Notes: generated by a model from the letters alone, not told the origin. A stretch of 64,000 nucleotides of DNA from an uncultured Actinomycetes bacterium (GCA_963698935.1 CAVOSU010000024.1:42952-106951), one strand, 5' to 3'. Shown: positions 1 through 9,464, counted from the stretch's first letter. Numbers and translations are program-made.

Positions 1-2
1 AG

Positions 3-461
3 ATCCCGAAGGCCTCGCAGATCGCCGGCGCGAACGGCGGCATCGGGGCGGGCTTCCTCGGCGTCGGTGACACGTCGACGTCGAACACCGGCAACTTCGC
101 CTCGATGAACGTGACCACGGGCAAGCTGACGTGGCACCAGCACTGGGAGGCGCCCTGCTACAGCGGCTCGATGAACACGGCCTCCGGCCTCACGTTCATC
201 GGCCATCTGGGTCAGGGCAACGCCCAGGACGGCAAGGGGTACCTCGAGGCGGTGGACACGAAGACGGGCAAGTCCCTCTGGACGTCGCCGCTGATGACCG
301 CGCCGGTCGGCGCGGCGCCGGTGACCTACATGGTCGGCGGCAAGCAGTACGTGTCGGTCGCAGTCGGCGGGCAGTCGCACAACGACGTCTCCCGCCCGAA
401 GGGCCTGACGAACCCGGCCCGCCTGCGGGACGACAGCATCTACACGTTCGTCCTGCCCTAG
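3..461 (+). CDS. PQQ-dependent (quinoprotein) dehydrogenase, C-terminal fragment; 5' end outside window
   Basis: Frame is open from the window edge to TAG 459-461. Last propeller blades are present: SMNVTTGKLTW, LEAVDTKTGKSLW, GGKQYVSVAVGG. Paralog of 6698-9464. Confidence 0.8.
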   Translation: MPKASQIAGANGGIGAGFLGVGDTSTSNTGNFASMNVTTGKLTWHQHWEAPCYSGSMNTASGLTFIGHLGQGNAQDGKGYLEAVDTKTGKSLWTSPLMTAPVGAAPVTYMVGGKQYVSVAVGGQSHNDVSRPKGLTNPARLRDDSIYTFVLP

Positions 462-470
462 CAAGCCTCA

Positions 471-506
471 AGAGCGGGGCGGCGGCCATGGCCGCCGCCC
501 CGCTCT
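471..506 (+). terminator. GC-rich hairpin 10 nt after the stop codon, intrinsic-terminator-like
   Basis: AGAGCGGGGCGGCGGCC / GGCCGCCGCCCCGCTCT is a perfect 17-nt inverted repeat, followed by TTTGC. Confidence 0.55.
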
Positions 507-585
507 TTGCTCGTGCAAGGAACCAGCGCCCAGCCTGAGACGACGTCGCTAGGCTGGCCAAGGGTCAACTTTCGAGGAGGTATCG

Positions 586-1341
586 ATGCGTCGCGGAGTG
601 AGTGTGCTCGTGCTCTCGGCTCTGGCGCTGGGTGGGCTGGCTGCCGGCTTGCTCGCACCGGGCGGAGGCGCGACCGTGAGGAGTCCGGTGAAGACCCATA
701 CGGGTCGGTCGGCCAAGGTCACCAAGATCACCGTCACGGCGAAGGAGTTCAGCTTCAAGCTCTCGAAGCGCAAGGTGCCGAAGGGCACCGTGGTCTTCAC
801 GGTCCTGAACAAGGGGAAGATCTCCCACGACTTCAAGATCGCGGGCAAGAAGACGAAGACGCTGAACCCGGGCAAGAAGGCGACGCTGCGCGTCGTGTTC
901 AAGAAGAAGGGCCGGTTCGCGTACGTCTGCACGTTGCCCGGTCACGCCCGGCTCGGGATGAAGGGCGTGCTCGGCGTCGACGTGACACCGCCGAAGCCCG
1001 CGCCGCCGCCCCCGACGGGCACGACGACGACCACGCCGCCGCCCCCGCCGACCGGCACCGTCGGTACGGCGAACACGACCGTGACCGTCAACATGTTCGA
1101 GTACCGCTTCGACCTCTCGCAGGCGAGCGTCCCCTCGGGCCAGGTCACGTTCGTGATCACGAACAAGGGCCAGGAGGTCCACAACTGGGACGTCGTCGGA
1201 GTAAAGCACGGTGCCCTGCTCGCCCCCGGCCAGACGGAGACCTGGACGGTGTCGCTGCCGCCGAAGGGCTACACCGGCGTCTGCGACGTCCCGTTTCACG
1301 TCGAACGTGGCATGACCACGTCGGTCACCGTCACGCCCTGA
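586..1341 (+). CDS. secreted di-cupredoxin (two plastocyanin/azurin-like blue-copper domains joined by a Pro/Thr linker)
   Basis: GAGGAGG SD lies 5 nt upstream. A signal peptide is present. Two type-1 Cu ligand sets: SHDF...CTLPGHARLGM and VHNW...CDVPFHVERGM. Linker is PPKPAPPPPTGTTTTTPPPPPTG. Confidence 0.85.
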   Translation: MRRGVSVLVLSALALGGLAAGLLAPGGGATVRSPVKTHTGRSAKVTKITVTAKEFSFKLSKRKVPKGTVVFTVLNKGKISHDFKIAGKKTKTLNPGKKATLRVVFKKKGRFAYVCTLPGHARLGMKGVLGVDVTPPKPAPPPPTGTTTTTPPPPPTGTVGTANTTVTVNMFEYRFDLSQASVPSGQVTFVITNKGQEVHNWDVVGVKHGALLAPGQTETWTVSLPPKGYTGVCDVPFHVERGMTTSVTVTP

Positions 1342-1357
1342 CGCACGACACCTCTAT

Positions 1358-1389
1358 GGCTCCCCGCGCCCGCACGGGCGCGGGGAGCC
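1358..1389 (+). terminator. 14-bp GC hairpin after the cupredoxin gene (terminator-like, no U tract)
   Basis: GGCTCCCCGCGCCC-GCAC-GGGCGCGGGGAGCC, 17 nt after stop 1339-1341. Confidence 0.4.
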
Positions 1390-1414
1390 ACGGGATTCCT
1401 CGAGAACCCTCGTC

Positions 1415-1420
1415 TAGCAT
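1415..1420 (+). promoter_or_regulatory. -10 box of a leaderless transcript (moxR-like operon)
   Basis: TAGCAT, then 6 nt, then ATG 1427. No SD is present. Fits the window-wide TANNNT-N6-8-start pattern. Confidence 0.5.
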
Positions 1421-1426
1421 GCGCCC

Positions 1427-2476
1427 ATGAGCGGCGCGGTGCGGCGCGAGGACGAGTCGAGCCGGCCGGCCGAGGCGAGCGCGCTCGCGCAACGGATGCT
1501 CGACAACGTCGAGACGGTCGTCCACGGGAAGCGCGAAGAGGTGGCGCTTGTCCTCGCCGCCCTCGCGTGCGAGGGGCACGTCCTGCTGGAGGACGTCCCG
1601 GGCACCGCGAAGACCGTCCTCGCCCGCTCGATCGCCCAGACGATCGAGGGCGCGACCGTGACCCGCATCCAGTGCACGCCGGACCTGCAGCCTGCCGACG
1701 TCACCGGGCTCTCGATCTACAACCAGAAGATACGCGACTTCGAGTTCCGCCCCGGCCCGGTCTTCGCCAACGTCTTGCTCGTCGACGAGATCAACAGGGC
1801 GATGCCGAAGACGCAGTCGGCGCTCCTCGAGGCGATGGCCGAGCGTCAGGTCACGGTCGACGGGGTCACGCGGCCGCTGCCCGCGCCGTTCCTCGTGATC
1901 GCCACGGAGAACCCCATCGAGCAGGAAGGCACCTTCCCGCTCCCCGAGGCGCAGCTCGACCGGTTCACGATACGGACCTCGCTCGGCTACCCACAGCGTG
2001 CCGAGGAGGTTCGGATCGTCCAGGAGCAGCGGCACGGGCATCCGCTCGCCACGCTCGCGCCAGTCGTCACCGCGGACGACGTGCGCGCGGTCCAGCGAGC
2101 GGTCGAGGACATTTACGTCGACGACCTGCTCCTCGACTGGATCGTCGATCTCGTGCGGGCCACGAGAGAGGTCGAGGGCGTCTCGACCGGGGCGTCCGTC
2201 CGGGGGAGCCTCGCGCTCGAGCGTACTGCCCGAGGCCGCGCGCTGCTGCACGATCGCCAGTTCGTCATCCCTGAGGACGTCGATGCGCTCTTCCTTCCGG
2301 TCCTCGGGCACCGGATCCTCCTGACGACGACGTTCCTCGCGGAGATCCGGGGCCTCGGCCACGAAGCCGCGCTCGAGCGGATCCGTCAGCGGAGCTTCGA
2401 GCTCGCGCCCCCGCCCGAGCCGGACTGGAACGAGCGCGAGCGCGGGCCGTCGTCGCTCGGCCCGACCGCGACCTGA
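1427..2476 (+). CDS. MoxR-family AAA+ ATPase (MxaR-like)
   Basis: Walker A DVPGTAKT, Walker B LLVDEINRA, and ENPIEQEGTFPLPEAQLDRF typical of the MoxR/RavA class. Confidence 0.95.
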   Translation: MSGAVRREDESSRPAEASALAQRMLDNVETVVHGKREEVALVLAALACEGHVLLEDVPGTAKTVLARSIAQTIEGATVTRIQCTPDLQPADVTGLSIYNQKIRDFEFRPGPVFANVLLVDEINRAMPKTQSALLEAMAERQVTVDGVTRPLPAPFLVIATENPIEQEGTFPLPEAQLDRFTIRTSLGYPQRAEEVRIVQEQRHGHPLATLAPVVTADDVRAVQRAVEDIYVDDLLLDWIVDLVRATREVEGVSTGASVRGSLALERTARGRALLHDRQFVIPEDVDALFLPVLGHRILLTTTFLAEIRGLGHEAALERIRQRSFELAPPPEPDWNERERGPSSLGPTAT

Positions 2477-2477
2477 C

Positions 2478-3419
2478 GTGGGGGCCGCGCTCGCCGGGCG
2501 GCGCGTCTTCCCGCTCGTCCCCCGCCCGCGGCTCGTCGGCCTCCCGTTCGGCGAGCATCGCAGCGCACGCCGCGGCTCCGGGACGGACGTCGTCGGCGGT
2601 CGGCCGTATCTGCCCGGTGACCCGGTCTCCACGATCGACTGGCACGCGTCCGCGCGGCTCTCGGCGGCGCTCGACCGAGACGAGTTCGTCGTCCGCTCAC
2701 ATCAGGCCGACGAGGCGCCGCGCGTCGTGGTCGTCTGCGACCGCCGCCCGTCGATGGCGGTTTACGGCTCGCCGTTCCCATGGCTCTCCAAGCCCGCCGC
2801 GCTCCACGCCGCGACCCAGGCGATCGTTGCGAGCGCCGTTGCCGCACGGGGCGACGTCGGGTCGCTCGACTATGCCGGCGGCGGCCCGGCAGGCGACGCC
2901 TTCTGGCTGCCGCCCGGAGGTCGAGGGGATCGATGGCTGATCGAGCGACGGCAGGCGCCCGAGACGGGATTCGACGCACCCGACGACACCGTCGAGCGCG
3001 CGCTCGGGTTCCTCGGCCGCATGCGTTCGGCGCTCCCCTCCGGGACGTTCCTCTTCGTGCTGTCCGACTTCCTCGAGCCCCCGCCTGTCGCGGCCTGGCT
3101 CGAGGCCGGCGCGCGCCGCTGGGACGTCGTGCCCGTGGTGATCCAGGACCCGCTTTGGGAGCAGAGCTTCCCGGACGTCGGTTCGGTCGTCGTGCCGATC
3201 GCCGATCCCGCCGGGGGCGGCACCCGCCTCGTGCGGTTGACCGGGCGCGAGGCGCGCGCCCGCCGCGACGAGCACGAAGAACGCCGCGCGCAGCTCCTCG
3301 CGGAGCTCGAGTCGCTCGGCTTCGCTCCCGTCGTCGTCGGCAGCGACCGGGAGGACGAGGTCGACGAGGCATTCCTGCGGTGGGCCGACGCGCGCGAGAC
3401 CGCCAGGTGGCGTCGATGA
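2478..3419 (+). CDS. DUF58 domain protein (MxaS-like partner of MoxR)
   Basis: GTG lies 1 nt after the moxR stop. DUF58 signature: RRGSGTDVVGGRPYLPGDPVSTIDWHASARL. Confidence 0.9.
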   Translation: MGAALAGRRVFPLVPRPRLVGLPFGEHRSARRGSGTDVVGGRPYLPGDPVSTIDWHASARLSAALDRDEFVVRSHQADEAPRVVVVCDRRPSMAVYGSPFPWLSKPAALHAATQAIVASAVAARGDVGSLDYAGGGPAGDAFWLPPGGRGDRWLIERRQAPETGFDAPDDTVERALGFLGRMRSALPSGTFLFVLSDFLEPPPVAAWLEAGARRWDVVPVVIQDPLWEQSFPDVGSVVVPIADPAGGGTRLVRLTGREARARRDEHEERRAQLLAELESLGFAPVVVGSDREDEVDEAFLRWADARETARWRR

Positions 3420-4243
3420 TCGGCGCGGCGACACTCGTTGCGGCAGTCCTCGCCTCTGCGGCCCCGTTCGCCCCGTCGACGTCGTTGGACCCCGCCACGC
3501 CCAACTTCGCAGACCGCGTCACCGCGACCGCGACGGTCGTCGTCGACCGCGGAGAGGTCGATCCCGGATCGCTCCGCGCCGTCGGGGGGTTCGGGCCGCT
3601 CGAGGTGCTCGCCGGCCCCGACGTCCAGCGCCACGACGTCGGGGCCGGCAAGACGGCGGTCGACTTCCGCTGGATCGTCGCGTGCCTGGACGAGGACTGC
3701 GTTCCAGGCGACGCACCCCGGACGATCGCGCTCCCACCGCTCCGGCTGAGCGGCACGCGCGAAGACGGAAGCCAGGCGACGGTGGTCGTCCGCTGGCCGG
3801 CGCTCGCGATCGCCGGACGCGTCTCGCGGGCAGAGGCCGGAAAGGCGACTCCGCCGTTCCGCCGGGAGACCGGTCTCCCACAGGCGAGCTACCGGGTCTC
3901 GCCCGACCAGCTGGCGAACGTGCTCGACATCCTCGCGGTCGTTCTCGTCGGCGCGGCAGGGGTGATCGGAGCGCGTGCGCTGCTCCGCACGCGGCGCCGT
4001 CGCGAGCACGAGCGGCTCGCTCGCCTGACCCCGCTCGAGCGCGCGCTGCTCTACGCACGCGAGTCCGAGGCGCGCCCACCGTCCGACCGCCGTCGTGCCC
4101 TCGGCCTCCTCGGCCGCGTCCTCGGCGGGACCGAGAGCACCCTCGGCGATCAGGCGTCCACGCTCGCGTGGTCGCCGCCCGAGCCCTCAGCCGACCAGGT
4201 CGTGTCGGTCGTCGACGACGTCGAGCGCGAGGTCGCGCGGTGA
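3416..4243 (+). CDS. exported/membrane-anchored protein of the MoxR-VWA operon (position of MxaA/BatD)
   Basis: ATGA overlap with the DUF58 stop. N-terminal signal-like segment and C-terminal TM (LDILAVVLVGAAGVIGARALL). The first 212 codons of track ORF 2780-4243 are an Arg-rich shadow. Confidence 0.65.
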   Translation: MIGAATLVAAVLASAAPFAPSTSLDPATPNFADRVTATATVVVDRGEVDPGSLRAVGGFGPLEVLAGPDVQRHDVGAGKTAVDFRWIVACLDEDCVPGDAPRTIALPPLRLSGTREDGSQATVVVRWPALAIAGRVSRAEAGKATPPFRRETGLPQASYRVSPDQLANVLDILAVVLVGAAGVIGARALLRTRRRREHERLARLTPLERALLYARESEARPPSDRRRALGLLGRVLGGTESTLGDQASTLAWSPPEPSADQVVSVVDDVEREVAR

Positions 4244-5061
4244 GCTCGATCCCGCTGAGCGACGCCCCCGCGCTCCGACGCGCGATCGAGCGGACCGATG
4301 CGCTCCGCATCGCGCTCGCAGCGCTGCTCCTCGCGCTCGTGGGCGCCTTGGCGCTCCTCGCCGGGCAGGCTCGTGTGCGCACACTGCACCTTCTGCCGCC
4401 CGGCTCGACGGCGATCGTCGCGCTCGATCTGTCCGCCAGCGTCTCGCAGGACACCTATGCGCGGATCGGGGCGACCCTCTCGGATCTCGCGGCGTCCAAC
4501 GGCCGCTACGGCGTCGTCGTCTTCTCCGACACCGCGTACGAGGCGCTTCCACCCGGCACGCGTGCCGCGGAGCTGAAGCCTCTCGTGCGCTACTTCACGC
4601 TGCCGGAGCAGACGACGCCCGGGTTCCTCCCGACGTTTCCGGTGAACCCGTGGTCGAGGACGTTCAGTGCCGGCACCAGGATCTCCTCCGGCCTCGAGCT
4701 CGCGCGACAGCTCGCGCTCGACACGCGCAGGCACAAACCCGGCGTGATCCTCGTCTCCGATCTGTCCGATGACCCCAACGACCTCCGGCGCGTCGCGCTG
4801 ACGCTGCTCGCCTATCGCCGCGACGGGATCCCCCTCCGGATTGTTGGCCTGAACCCCGTGCCGGCGGACGAGCAGTTCTTCCGGCGGCTGCTCGGCCCCG
4901 ACACGACGATCAGCGACGCGCGGCTGCCCCAGGAGTCGTCGGTCCTCTCCGGGCGCGGTGGGATCCCCTGGGCGCTCGGCGGCCTGGCGCTCGCGCTCGC
5001 TGCCGCGCTCGCATTGAACGAGCTCCTGCTCGCCCGGGTGACGTGGGGGGAGAGCCGATGA
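4240..5061 (+). CDS. VWA domain membrane protein (MxaC/BatA-like)
   Basis: GTGA overlap with the upstream stop. N-terminal TM and MIDAS motif IVALDLSASV. C-terminal TM is present. Confidence 0.8.
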   Translation: MSSIPLSDAPALRRAIERTDALRIALAALLLALVGALALLAGQARVRTLHLLPPGSTAIVALDLSASVSQDTYARIGATLSDLAASNGRYGVVVFSDTAYEALPPGTRAAELKPLVRYFTLPEQTTPGFLPTFPVNPWSRTFSAGTRISSGLELARQLALDTRRHKPGVILVSDLSDDPNDLRRVALTLLAYRRDGIPLRIVGLNPVPADEQFFRRLLGPDTTISDARLPQESSVLSGRGGIPWALGGLALALAAALALNELLLARVTWGESR

Positions 5062-5681
5062 GCAGCCGTCCCTGGCCCGTCGCGACCGTGCTCGTCGTTC
5101 TCGCCGCGCTCGCCGTCGTCCTCTCACACGACCTACGCTCGTGGCGGACGGCACTGCGCGACGGCGACGCGCGGTACGCGCAGACGCCCGCGGCGGCGCG
5201 CTGGAGCCCCTCGACGCTCCTACCGGCGTCCGTCAGCGGAGACCTCCTCGGCGTCGACGACGACGTCGCCGCCCGCCGCGCGATTCGCCTGTTCCGCATC
5301 GCCGACCGGGCGCGCGGCGGGCTCGACACGGCGCTCGAGCGTCAGGGTACGCGCGCGCGCGCGGAGCTCGCGCTCGCGCAGCTCGCACGCGACGCCGATC
5401 TCGCGGTCGCATCCCAGGCGAGCGATCTGCTCGGCGTCCTCGCGTTCGGGGACTTCGCCGCGGGTGGCGGGCGCGACGCCGACCAGGCGGGCCGGGCCGC
5501 CTCCGCGTTCGCCGCGGCGGTTCGCCTCGATCCGGAGAACGAGGCGGCGAAGGTCAACCTCGAGCTCGTGCTCCGTCTCTTCCAGGCGCACGGGGTCCGG
5601 CCCGGCTCGAGCCCGACGGCCGGTGGGCAGGGGCCGGGGAGGCGCGGAGCGGGAGCAGGCCTGCCGGGGAAGGGCTACTGA
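5058..5681 (+). CDS. membrane protein of the MoxR-VWA operon (position of MxaK/BatC)
   Basis: ATGA overlap. N-terminal TM (WPVATVLVVLAALAVVL) followed by a helical, Ala/Leu-rich soluble part. GC3-rich codons. Confidence 0.6.
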   Translation: MSSRPWPVATVLVVLAALAVVLSHDLRSWRTALRDGDARYAQTPAAARWSPSTLLPASVSGDLLGVDDDVAARRAIRLFRIADRARGGLDTALERQGTRARAELALAQLARDADLAVASQASDLLGVLAFGDFAAGGGRDADQAGRAASAFAAAVRLDPENEAAKVNLELVLRLFQAHGVRPGSSPTAGGQGPGRRGAGAGLPGKGY

Positions 5682-6655
5682 TGGCGGTCAGCTCGCTCGT
5701 GCTGCTCACGCCCCTCGGTGCGCTCGCGGCTCTCGGCGTGCTCCTCGTCGTCGGCGCGTTCGCCGTCGCTGCGCGGCGGGTGGGCGCGGTTCGGACGGCC
5801 CTTCGCCTGGACGCGCCATCCGGTTCGGATCGTGCCGTGCCCGCCGCGTTGGTCGGCGTCGTCCTGCTCGCCGCGCTCGTCGCGGTGCAGCCGGCCTGGG
5901 AGGCGCGCGGCGAGCGCCGGGTACGCGCCGACGCGCAGGTCGACATCCTGCTCGACACGTCGCGCTCGATGCTCGCCTCGGCGGGCCCTGGCGCGCCCAC
6001 GCGCCTCGACCGCGCGAAGCGAGCGGCGATAGCCATCCGGCGTGGCCTGCCGGACGTCGAGGCCGGAGTCGGGACGCTGACCGACCGTGTGCTCCCGAAT
6101 CTCCTGCCCAGCGCGAGCGAAGAGAGCTTCGAAGCGACGGTTCGCGAAGCGATCGGCATCGAGCAGCCTCCGCCCGCCACCTCCGGCGTGACAGCCACGA
6201 CGCTCGCGGCACTCGCTCAGGTTCCCGGCAGCGGGACGTTCGCCCCCGCGGCGCGCAAGCGAGTGCTCGTGGTCCTGACCGACGGTGAGAGCCGGCCGTT
6301 CGACCCCGGCTTCGTGGCCAGCGCGCTCCGCCGCCGGCCCGGCACCTCGCTCGTGCTCGTGCACGTCTGGAAGGCGCGCGAGTCGATCTACGGCGCCGAC
6401 GGGACGCCTGAGGCGGCGTATCGCCCCGACCCGTCGAGCCGCGCGGCGCTCTCCTCACTGGCCGACGCAGCGGGAGGGCGGGTCGTGGCGGAGGGCCAGA
6501 ACGGCCAGGTCGTGGATGTTGTCCGGAATGCCCTCGGCTCGGGCCCGACGGCGAAGACCGGGATCGAGCGGCAAACACATCCGCTCGGGCGCTATGTCGC
6601 CCTGGCCACGCTGCTCCCCCTCGCGTTCGTCCTGCGCCGTAGGAACCTCGGGTGA
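5681..6655 (+). CDS. VWA domain membrane protein (MxaL/BatB-like)
   Basis: TGATG overlap. Two N-terminal TMs, MIDAS motif ILLDTSRSM, C-terminal TM. Confidence 0.85.
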   Translation: MAVSSLVLLTPLGALAALGVLLVVGAFAVAARRVGAVRTALRLDAPSGSDRAVPAALVGVVLLAALVAVQPAWEARGERRVRADAQVDILLDTSRSMLASAGPGAPTRLDRAKRAAIAIRRGLPDVEAGVGTLTDRVLPNLLPSASEESFEATVREAIGIEQPPPATSGVTATTLAALAQVPGSGTFAPAARKRVLVVLTDGESRPFDPGFVASALRRRPGTSLVLVHVWKARESIYGADGTPEAAYRPDPSSRAALSSLADAAGGRVVAEGQNGQVVDVVRNALGSGPTAKTGIERQTHPLGRYVALATLLPLAFVLRRRNLG

Positions 6656-6683
6656 GCGCTTCGGCGCGCGATGCCCCGCGTCG

Positions 6684-6689
6684 TATCAT
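6684..6689 (+). promoter_or_regulatory. -10 box, leaderless start of the second PQQ dehydrogenase
   Basis: TATCAT, then 8 nt, then ATG 6698. This favours 6698 over the track start 6671. Confidence 0.45.
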
Positions 6690-6697
6690 GGAGTGAC

Positions 6698-9464
6698 ATG
6701 CCAGGGCGCCGCCGACGATACGTCTCATTCGGCGTCGCGCTCGCCGCGGTGCTCGCCGTCGCGGCCGGCGTCGCAGGTGGGGCGACGAACCCCGAGTCCG
6801 TCGACTGGGCCGCCTGGGGCAACACACCGGACCAGCTTCGTCACACGTCGCTGACGCAGATCGACAGGAGCAACGTCGACCGTCTAGGGCGCCTCTATAC
6901 GGTCGACTTCCAGAAGCTCGACCCCGATGTGCGCCGCGGTCAGCAGTCGTATCCGCTCGCGATCGGCGGCAAGCTCTTCGTGACGACGAACGACGACAAC
7001 GTCTTCGCGCTCGACGGCGCTACCGGCAAGGTGCTCTGGCAGTACAAGCCGCCCAACAGCGCGCTCTTCAAGAACTTCGGCATCGTCGCCAACCGGGGCC
7101 TCGCATACTGCGACGGCCGTCTCTTCATCGCTCAACTCGACATGAAGCTCGTTGCGCTGAGGCCAGGCGACGGCAAGGTGCTGGGTGTCGTCTCGGTCAG
7201 CCACGACGTCTGGAACGCGTCCACGAACTACGGCTACTCGGAGACGAGCGCGCCGATCTGCGCGAACCACCGCGTCCTCGTCGGCGCGGCTGGCTCGGAG
7301 TACGGGATTCGGGGGTTCGTGATGGCCTACACGACCGATCTGCGGCCGGCCTGGCCGAGCCCGTTCTGGACGATCCCGCCCGACCTCCAGTCTTGGCGGC
7401 GCACGTCGCGCGTCGTCGGCGGTGGGGCGGTCTGGACGCCCGTTACTGTCGACTCCGGCACGAACACCGTTTACTTCGGCACTGGATCGGCGACGCCGCT
7501 GTACTTCCCGGCGCTGCGGCCCGGCGAGACCCCGCGAACGGACGCGCTGGTGGCCGTCGACCTGGCGACCGGGCGCCTCAAGTGGTGGCAGCAACTGATC
7601 GCCGGCAATCAGTGGGCATACGACGTCTCGCAGCCGCCACTCGTCTACCGGGGGAAGGTGGGAGGCACGGTGCACGACGTCGTCTCGGTGGCGACGATGG
7701 AGGGCGTCTGGTTCGCGTTCGATGCCAAGACCGGGAGCCCGTTCCACGAGCGCGTGAAGGTCATCGACCGCGTGGAGCACCCACCCCTCCGTCCGGGCGA
7801 GCCCGTGACCGTCTTCCCGTCCTCGCTCGGAGGCCTGAACTACTCGCCCGCTTCATACGATCCAGCCACCAACTACGTGTTCAACGCCGCTGCGGAGACG
7901 GCCGCCGTCCTCGTCCAGCAGAAGCTGACGCCGACGCAGAAGCGGCGCAAGCTCCTCCTCGGGGACGTCTACCTCGGTCTCCAGAACGGGAACTTCGGCG
8001 GGGCGCTCGCCGGGTGGCACGACCATGGCTCGATCAGCGCGATCGACGTCTCGAGCGGCAAGCGCGTTTGGAAGTTCCGGACGCCGGAGCCCGAGCGCGG
8101 GGGCGTGACCACCACGGCGAGCGGGCTCGGCTTCGCGGGGGGCGGAGACGGCGTGCTGCGAGCCTTCGATCTTCGGAACGGGCAAGGTGCTCTGGACATT
8201 CAAGACCGGCAATCCGATCGCGTCCGGGCCGACGATCTTTGCTGCGGGCGGCAGGGAGTACGTCGCGGTCACGGTCGGCGGGACGCCCACGTCGTCCAAT
8301 GGAGGGACTGCCTCGCAACTCTTCGTCTTCACGCTCGGGACGGGCACGACCGCGAGGACGACGCAGAGTGTCCAGCCCGCGGCGGCCTGGCCCGTGACTG
8401 GCGCCGCGCCCAATGCCCACCGCACGCTCGTGGCAACCGGTGGCGGCGTTCGGATCACCGTCAGCGGCGGCGCCGTCCCGCTCGCGCTCTGGCGAGCCGA
8501 CAGCTCGAACGAAGCCACCGTCGCGGGGCGCCTCGGTCTGCGAGGCAAGCCTGTCGCTGGCGCCGTCGTCGCGGTCGACCGCTACCGGCTGCCCAGGAGG
8601 ACCGACGCCCAGGGTCGCTTCTCCGTGCTCGTGGACTCGACGCTCGCCCGTCGGCACCCAATCCATGTCGCGGCCGCCTCCCATGCAACCGTGGGCGGGC
8701 GCCCGCTGACCGCCGGCGAGAGGAAGACGTTGAGTCACGCCTCGGGCGGTGTGTCCGTCGGTTACCGGCTCGTCGGTCTTCGCGCGAAGCCGTCGGCGCG
8801 CGGCGTCTTCGTCACCGGGCGCGCCGTGCGCGTCGATGGTGCCCCCGCCCCCGGAGTCGTCCTGCTCTCGTATCGCCTGCAGGGGACGATCACGGACGCG
8901 AGCGGGAACCCCGTGCGCGGCGCGACCGTCGTCACGAGGACAACCGATCGAGACTTCTGGACGTTCTCCGAGCCTTCCAACGCGAACGGCCACTACGTCT
9001 CCTACTTCTCCGCCTCCGACGAGGCAGGGAGCGACCCGGTCGCGTTGAGCGTCCAGGTCGCGTCGGGCAGAGTCTCGTATGGCTCCGGCGTCCGCAACGT
9101 GTCGTTCTCGCGACTGCACAGCGCCACGATGGACGTGAAACTGCCCTCGACCGGTACGACGCTCGCCCTCCCGGTGTCGACACCGGAGGAGGGCGCTTTC
9201 TATCGTGGGCTGCTCGTGGGAGCCTCGGGACCGGCTGGAGTGATCAAGCCGCTCGCAGCGCGCTGGCCGGCAGGAGATGGACGCTTTTCGCTGCTTCTGC
9301 CCTCGAGTGCCCGCGGCAAGACCCTGCGGTTCTGGGAAAGCGACTTCGCATCGTTCTCGCGCTCTCCGGCGACACCGGGCGGCGCAGTCGATCTCCGCAG
9401 CTGGCCGACCAAGCTCTCGCCACGCGTCGCACGCGACGTCGCATTCCTCGCAGTCCGCCGTTGA
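6698..9464 (+). pseudogene. PQQ-dependent dehydrogenase with a ~370-aa C-terminal beta-sandwich extension; reading frame broken by 1 extra nt near 8180-8183
   Basis: Arg-rich signal (MPGRRRRYVSF...). Propeller continues as ...GVLRAFDLRNG (frame of 6698), then KVLWTFKTGNPIASGP...GGREYVAVTVGG (frame of 8187). Past 8183 the frame of 6698 becomes Arg-rich nonsense. Confidence 0.85.

Noticed and set aside
461-470. Shared 10-mer GCAAGCCTCA just after two stop codons (461-470 and 20668-20677)
   Set aside because: There are only two copies of a 10-mer with no extended similarity around them, which is compatible with chance in 128 kb of two-strand sequence.
8170-8195. Programmed ribosomal frameshifting at the frame breaks (also 14137, 40267, 47404, 50376)
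   Set aside because: There is no X-XXY-YYZ slippery heptamer or downstream pseudoknot at any site. The affected genes are not known to use recoding. The common feature is a short G/C run.
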